64,000 nucleotides of DNA from Antedon mediterranea (lineage: Eukaryota > Animalia > Echinodermata), in contig NC_092673.1 in assembly GCF_964355755.1 (NCBI RefSeq), positions 19,899,648 through 19,963,647 on the forward strand, given 5' to 3'. A program made the position numbers and the translations under genes. Below are positions 56,501 through 64,000 of the stretch, piece by piece (the stretch's first letter is position 1; each line of letters opens with the position of its first letter). The notes below the pieces were generated by a model, which was not told the origin of the DNA, made no database searches, and saw only the letters and a list, made by a program, of their open reading frames with translations.

Positions 56501-59300
56501 CACTTTTTCCAAATCAACATGCTTCTTAATCGAGGTCTGAAAAATTAAGAAATTTCCTTAAAATGACTTTAGGTATGGGACGGCTGGTTAGGGCCTACAT
56601 GTTTTCTCAATGCTAGTTTCATTTAATATTTTATTCACATACCATAAAATCTGAATTATGTAAATGTTTCATAATAGAAAATGCCTACAAAATAACAGGC
56701 AACTGTTCACAAAGTAAGGAAAATATGTTTTCTCCGTTTAACAGATAATCTACTAATACTCACAGCTGTAGCTAACACTGTATATTTTCTACAATCTAAA
56801 AACAACAAGGAAAAACATTGATAATGGCAAAAAACAACATTAACCCTTTTGTTAAATCAACATGCTTCTTAATCAATGTCTGAAAAATTAAGAAATTTCC
56901 TCAAAATAACTTTGGGTATGGGCCGGCTGATTGGGGTCTACATGTTGTCTCAAAACTACTTTCATTTAATATCTTATTCACAAACCATAAAATCTGAATT
57001 ATGTAAATGTTTCATAATATAAAATGCCTACAAAATAACAGGCAACAGTTCACAAAGTAAGGAAAATATGTTTTCTCTGTTTAACAGATAATCTACTAAT
57101 ACTCACAGCTGTAGCTGACACTGTATATTTTCTACAATCTAAAAAAACAAAACAAGGAAAAACATCAATAATTGGCAATAAACAACATTAACACTTTTTC
57201 CAAATCAACATGCTTCTTAATCGAGGTCTGAAAAATTAAGAAATTTCCTTAAAATGACTTTAGGTATGGGACGGCTGGTTAGGGTCTACATGTTGTCTCA
57301 ATGCTAATTTCATTTAATATCGTATTCACAAACCATAAAATCTAAATTATTTAAATGTTTCATAATATAAAATGCCTACAAAATAACAGGCAACAATTCA
57401 CAAAGTAAGGTAAATATGTTTTCTCCGTTTAACAGATAATCTACTAATACTCACAGCTGTAGCTGAAACTGTTAATTTTCTACAATCTAAAAAAAACAAG
57501 GAAAAACATTAATAATGGCAATAAACAACATTAATACTTTTTCCAAATCAACATGCTTCTTAATCAATGTCTAAAAAATTAGGAAATTTCCTCAAAATGA
57601 CTTTGGGTATGGGCCGGCTGATTGCGGCCTACATGTTGTCTCAATGGTAATTTCATTTAATTGTTTGATCACAAACAATAAAATCTGAATTACGTAAATG
57701 TTTCATAATAGAAAATGTCTACGAAATAACAGGCAACAGTTCACAAAGTAAGGAAAATATGTTTTCTCCGTTTAACAGATAATCTACTGATACTCACAGC
57801 TATAGCTGAAACTGTATATTTTCTACAATCTAAAAAAAACCAAGGAAAAACATTGATAATGGCAATAAACAACATTAACACTTTTTCCAAATCAACAAGC
57901 TTCTTAATCAATGTCTGAAAAATTAAGAAATTTCCTCAAAATGACTTTGGGTATGGATCGGCTGATTGGGGCCTACATGTTGTCTCAATGCTAATTTCAT
58001 TTAATATTTTATTCACAAACCATAAAATCTGAATGATGTAAATGTTTCATAATAGAAAATGCCTACAAAATAACAGGCAACAGTTCACAAAGTAAGGAAA
58101 ATATGTTTTCTCTGTTTAGCAGATAATCTACTAATACTCACAGCTGTAGCTGACACTGTATGTTTTCTACAATCTAAAAAAAAAACAAGGAAAAACATTA
58201 ATAATTGGCAATAAACAACATTAACACTTTTTCCAAATCAACATGCTTCTTAATCGAGGTCTGAAAAATTTAGAAATTCCTCAAAATGACTTTGGGTATG
58301 AGACAGCTGGTTAGGGCCTACATGTTTTCTCAATGCTAATTTCATTTAATATTTTATTCACAAACCATAAAATCTGAATGCTGTAAATGTTTCATAATAG
58401 AAAATGCCTACAAAATAACAGGCAACTGTTCACAAAGTAAGGAAAATATGTTTTCTCCATTTAACAGATAATCTACTAATACTCACAGCTGTAGCTAACA
58501 CTGTATATTTTCTACAATCTAAAAACAACAAGGAAAACATTGATAATGGCAATAAACAACATTAACCCTTTTTCCAAATCAACATGCTTCTTAATTAATG
58601 TCTGAAAAATTAGGAAATTTCCTCAAAATGACTTTGGGTATGGGCCGGCTGATTAGGGCAAGCAACAGTTCACAAAGTAAGGAAAATATGTTTTCTCCAT
58701 TTAACAGATAATCTACTAATACTCACAGCTGTAGCTGAAACTGTTAAATTTCTACAATCTAAAAAAAACAAGGAAAAACATTGATAATGGCGATAAACAA
58801 CATTAACACTTTTTCCAAATCAACAAGCTTCTTAATCAATGTCTGAAAAATTAAGAAATTTCCTCAAAATAACTTTGGGTATGGGCCGGCTGATTGGGGT
58901 CTACATGTTGTCTCAATACTACTTTCATTTAATATCTTATTCACAAACCATAAAATCTGAATTATTTAAATGTTTCATAATATAAAATGCCTACAAAATA
59001 ACAGGCAACAGTTCACAAAGCAAGGAAAATATGTTTTCTCCGTTTAACAAATAATCTACTGATACTCACAGCTGTAGCTGAAACTGTATATTTTCTACAA
59101 TCTAAAAAAAACAAGGAAAAACATTGATAATGGTAATAAACAACATTAACACTTTTTCCAAATCAACAAGCTTCTTAATCAATGTCTGAAAAATTAAGAA
59201 ATTTCCTCAAAATAACTTATTTTATTCACAAAGAATAAAATCTGAATTATGTAAATGTTTCATAATAGAAAATGCCTACAAAATAACAGGCAACAGTTCA
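53590..59300. repeat. ~346 bp satellite, ~17 units, with a 1037-bp three-monomer higher-order repeat
   Basis: Marker 'actcacagct' recurs every ~345 bp. Near-identical spurious ORFs at 54106, 55143 and 56180 are spaced exactly 1037 bp apart. Confidence 0.95.
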
Positions 59301-59961
59301 CTCCCAATCATGAAACCATTAATCATCTCTACAAACTATTTATTTAATATACACTACTTACAATATTCTAGAGATACTAAAGTAGAAACAATTGTGTATC
59401 TCTTCCAACAGCTACAAGACAAAAATATATTATTATTATAAATATCAATACAAATTGTGATCAAAACATCCACAATATTTGTAACAATGACAGGTGCGAA
59501 AGGGAACTGCGCTGACCTACGTCACTACTACTAGGACTACTGGAGTAAGCCTAGACAACATGCTATTGTAAGAAGAACGAGTCATTGTTTCTTCTCTTTA
59601 AGAATTTATACAACTAAAAATTAAGCTAGAGTTAATATAATATAAGCCAGGTGCAAAAGGGAACTAGCGCCGTTTAGTCCTACTAAAAACAGCAAGTATT
59701 CTTGTACAGGCTAGGCCTAGGTACACTATGAATGTAGCAGACATATTTGTTCGTATTTACCGGGACCGTATTTAACATACACATGGCCATACACGATTGT
59801 CGTGCTGCTACGAAAGCCATCGGGCTGAAAAACGTCACGACGTTTGCCGGCCATCTCTGAAAATCTGACATCCTTCCGTATATCTATAGTAGGCTAGGGT
59901 ATCGTTAGTAAGTAGCAATTACAAAACAACTACAAATCAAACAATCCACATAATTTCTTAC

Positions 59962-60185
59962 CTATTTCTTATAGTATATCAATTCTCAACAAACTTGAGT
60001 TTGTTATTTATTTATTTAATCGTTGAAGTTCGACGATATAAAATGGTATTTGTAACAATATTATCAGAGAGCGACTCTTAAAAACCAACATGGAGTTTAC
60101 CAACGACATACCACAACACAACACGTTGTCGAATTTTCTCGAAATTCGGTTCACCTACAGTATGGCATGCAATCCTCGCCAAAAT
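59962..60185 (-). promoter_or_regulatory. Putative non-coding first exon and promoter of RepHel 2 (donor GTAAG at 59961)
   Basis: Conserved with 21076-21260; lies ~100-300 bp inside the 3' terminus. Confidence 0.45.
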
Positions 60186-60313
60186 TACCAATATTTAACG
60201 AATAACGAAAATTAGTTTTCACGTCAGACCTATTATATGTATTCTACGTGTATATTAGACGTTGCGTTTTCGCGGATAACCTAACTCGTCCGCAGTGACG
60301 AGTTCAAATCTAG

Positions 60314-63300
60314 TTTTTTTTTTTTTCTGTATTATTCTTTCTTTCTGTCAATTTTGTGTCTCGCGTATCTCAAAAACTTGTAAACAAAACATTTTATAAC
60401 TTTGTCAACATGTGGGCATTCACGTGAAATTGTGCACCTCCTATTGTGAATGACGTCAGAATTGCGCAACGTGATTTACGCGCGTTTTAACGAATTTCGC
60501 GTATTTAACATAGATCGAAAACCATATAGCAATTTAAATTGAAACTTAACAAAAGTTTAATTTATATCTTGCGCTAACTGACTGTGGAAAAAAAATGGCA
60601 TGTTTCACAAGAAGTTACGCGCGCACGGGCGTTTAAAATTTCAAAATGCGAAAAATCAATTTCTAATCAACTTTCTACGCGTTTCATGTCATTTTGAGCA
60701 TGTCAAAAATTCCCACGCGCGCGCATATTTTTACTCGCACGGTGCGCACGTAGCGTTGAAAATAATTTTTTTTCGCGTGATTCATGTTTTTCCAGCCTTT
60801 TCTGGTAATTTTACCAACTTTTGAACAATTTTGACCTAAAATTACGTCATACGGGCACATCCAATTGGATAATTTACGTGCGTTTTTGATGAAAAAGTTC
60901 AAAAATGTGTCAAAATTCGTCAAAATTATGCCTTTTTTTAAACATTCATAGATTCTAAACTACGAGGTGAACTTTTTTTAAATTATATATTCTGGAAGTT
61001 GATGAGTTGTAGATATGGAATCATGCATTAATATAGCTAATCGGACATTATAACGTCATCGTATGGCCACGCGAATATAAAATATAGGATTTTTATATCT
61101 TTCGTCATAGCGCATCACATTTAATAGAGCGCATCTCCACTTATCCGTTTTTTATTTTCACCCCGATTTTGATATTGTCTAGGTGAATGAACTATCTTTC
61201 GCATGAGTTAAAAATATTTTAATTTTTATGACGTCATCATGTCGAAAATTGTAAATAACGTGGGTCACTTATTTTCATCTTTACAGTAAATTTCAATCTG
61301 TTATAGCTCATCAGAATAAAAAGTGATAATCATGATTAAAACGTTTTCTGGAAGCTATTGAATTGTAGATATGAAATCATGTAAACATTTTGCCAATCGG
61401 ATGTTGTGACGTCATCATATGGCCAGTTGAATAAAAAAAGTTGTATTTTCATATTTTGCGTAATAGTTCATCACATTTAAAAGGGTGCGCATCTATATTT
61501 TACGTATTCAAATTTCTTCTACACGTTAACATGTTGTTCCTAAGATAATTTCCTTCTGAAATTGCTATCTAAGTGTTTCATTTTGATACCGTCGCCATGT
61601 TAAAAATTGGAATAAATGGCGGGTCCCGTAATTTCACCTATTCTACACTGTATGTAATATGTATGCAGATTATACTGTAGTGTTTGCATGTATACTATAT
61701 GACACAAAATTGACAGAATTCAGCACTAACAGCATATCATATTCTTCAGTTCTTGTCATAATGCCATAATATTTATCTGTGTGCAATATTCCAACGTATG
61801 ACGTGCACGTGGCGTTTGTCGTGGTGCGGATAACTAACTCGTCAAAGTGACGAGTTTCATGTCTAGTTGTATTATTCTTTCTTTCTGTCAATTTTGTGTC
61901 TCGCGTAACTCAAAAACGTGTAAACATAACATTTTATAACTTTGTCAACATGTGGGCATTCACGTGAAATAGTGCACCTCCTATTGTGAATGACGACAGA
62001 GTTGCGCAACATGACTTACGCGCGTTTTTACGAATTTCGCGTATTTAATATAGATCGAAAACCATATAACAATTTAAATTGAAACTTAACAAAAGTTTAA
62101 TTTATATCTTGCGCTAACTGACTGTGGGGAAAAAATGGCATGTTTCACACGAAGTAACGCGCGCATGGGCATTTAAAATTTCAAATTGAGAAAAATCAAT
62201 TTCTAATCAACTTTCTACGCGTTTCATGTCATTTTGAGCATGTCAAAATTCCCAGGCGTGCGCATTTTTTTACGCGTGCGGTGCACACGTAGCGTTGAAA
62301 ACAATTTTTTTTCCGTGATTTATGTTTTTCCACCCTTTTTTAGTAATTTTACCAATTTCTAAACATTTTCGACTTAAAATCACGTCATACGGGCACGTCG
62401 AATTGGATAATTTATGTGCGTTTTTGATGAAAAAGTTCAAAAATTTGTCAAAATTTGTCAAAATTATACCTTTTTTTAAACAGTCGTAGTTTCTAAACCA
62501 AACGGTGAAAGTTATTTTTATTGCATATTCTGGAAGTTGATGAGTTGTAAATATCGGATCATGCATTAATATGGCTAACCGGACATTGTGACGTCACTGT
62601 ATGGCCACGCGAATACAAAATTTAGGATTTTTGTATCTTTCGTCATAGCTCATCACATTTAATAGAGCGCATCTACACTTATCCGTTTTCCATTTTCACC
62701 CCGATTTTGATATTGTCTAGGTCAATCAACTGTCTTTCGCATGAGTTAAAAATATTTTAATTTTTATGACGTCATCATGCCTAAAAATTTAAATTACATG
62801 TTGCATAAATTTCATCTTTACAGTAAATTTTAATCTGTTATAGCTCGTAAGAATGAAATGTGATAATCACGATTAAAACGTTTTCTGGAAGCTATTGAAT
62901 TGTAGATACGAAATCATGTGAACATTTTGCCAATCTGATGTTGTGAAGTCATCATATGGCCAGTTAAATAAAAAAAGTCGTATTTTTATCTTTTGCATTA
63001 TAATTCATTACATTTAAAAGAGCGCGCATCAATATTTCACGTATTCAAATTTCTTCTACATGCTAATATATTGTTGCTGAGATAATTTCCTTCCGAAATT
63101 GCTACCTTCGGGTTTCATTTTGAAACCGTCAACATGTTAAAAATTGGAATAAATAGCGGGTCCCGTAATTTCACCTATTCTACACTGTATGTGATGTATA
63201 CAGATTATACTGTGTATACTATATGACACAAAATAACAGAATTCAGCAATAATAACATAATCATATTCTTCTTCAGGTCATAATGCCATAATCTTTTTCT

Positions 63301-63385
63301 GTGTGCAATATTCCAACGCATGACGTGCTCGTGGCGTTTGTCGTGCGGATAACTAACTCGTCAAAGTGACGAGTTTCATGTCTAG
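60314..63385 (+). mobile_element. Two headless ~1.5 kb non-autonomous Helentron bodies of a second subfamily (60314-61866, 61867-63385)
   Basis: Related but diverged body. 3' ends are GCGGATAACT-AACTCGTC-aaagt-GACGAGTT-tcatgtCTAG. Confidence 0.8.
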
Positions 63386-63387
63386 TT

Positions 63388-64000
63388 GGTTATCCGCAAC
63401 GAAGTTGCAGGATAACCTCTTGTGATTGTACGAAATCATCATCAACATCAACTTTTTATTAGTTATCCGCATTCAGCGGATAACTCCTTGTAACTGTCCT
63501 GTTTCATCATCTTTTTTTTTTCTGTATTCTTCTTTCTTTCTGTCATTTTTGTGTCACGCGTAACTCAAAAACGCGTAAACATAACATTTTATAACTTAGT
63601 CAACATGTGGGCCTTCACGTGAAGTTGTGCACCTGCTATTGTGAATGACGTCAGAGTTGCGCAACGTGACTTACGCGCGTTTTTATGAATTTCGCGTATT
63701 TAACATAGATCGAAAACCATATAACATTTTAATTTGAAACTTAGAAAAACTTTAAGTTATATCTTGCGCTAACTGACTGTGGGAAAAAAAAGGCATGTTT
63801 CACACGAAGTGACGCGCGCACGCGCATTTAAAATTTCAAAATGCGAAAAATCAATTTCTAATCAACTTTCTACGCGTTTTATGTCATTTTGAGCATGTCA
63901 AAAATTCCCACACGAGCGCATATTTTTACGCGCGCTGTGCGCACGTAGCGTTGAAAACAATTTTTTTCTCGTGATTTATGTTTTTCCAGCCTTTTCAAGT
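63388..64000 (+). mobile_element. Stacked heads of two other subfamilies (63388, 63461) followed by a subfamily-2 body running off the window
   Basis: GGTTATCCGCAAC-gaa-GTTGC(a)GGATAACC and AGTTATCCGC-attca-GCGGATAACT. The latter matches the subfamily-2 3' subTIR. Confidence 0.75.

Larger units (their letters stand above)
38396..60313 (+). mobile_element. Autonomous Helentron/Helitron2 element 2 (~21.9 kb)
   Basis: Head at 38396 (preceded by a head at 38331). 3' subTIR+hairpin+CTAG at 60272-60313, followed by poly-T. Colinear with element 1 but lacks the OB-fold cargo. Confidence 0.8.

Overview
AT-rich metazoan genomic DNA (spliceosomal introns; no ordinary host gene recognised), made up almost entirely of a nest of rolling-circle transposons of the Helentron/Helitron2 type. 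Two large autonomous elements (~3469-38328 and ~38396-60313) each carry an intact, single-exon 9.1-9.3 kb RepHel ORF on the minus strand. Its domain order is N-terminal hydrophobic segment, PHD finger, herpes-tegument (C76)-like cysteine protease, OTU protease, 18-aa repeats, HUH/Y2 Rep, PIF1 helicase and AP-like endonuclease. These elements sit among 1.15-1.55 kb non-autonomous (HINE/DINE-1-like) units that share the same termini. The 5' heads always occur as stacked pairs, consistent with repeated insertion into the T-tract just inside an earlier head. Element 1 carries ~16 kb of extra cargo. This includes a 5-exon, 264-aa tandem OB-fold (RPA-like) gene missed by the ORF track, with a TATA/Inr/CCAAT promoter, plus a decayed duplicate and five inverted (antisense) exon copies. 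Both RepHel units have a predicted spliced 5' leader whose intron is filled with a 346-bp satellite, a conserved and covarying triple-hairpin RNA in the leader, and a predicted intron downstream of the stop codon. Small MITEs, tRNA-like inserts and probable excision footprints are also present. All calls come from reading the sequence by eye; no database searches were run.
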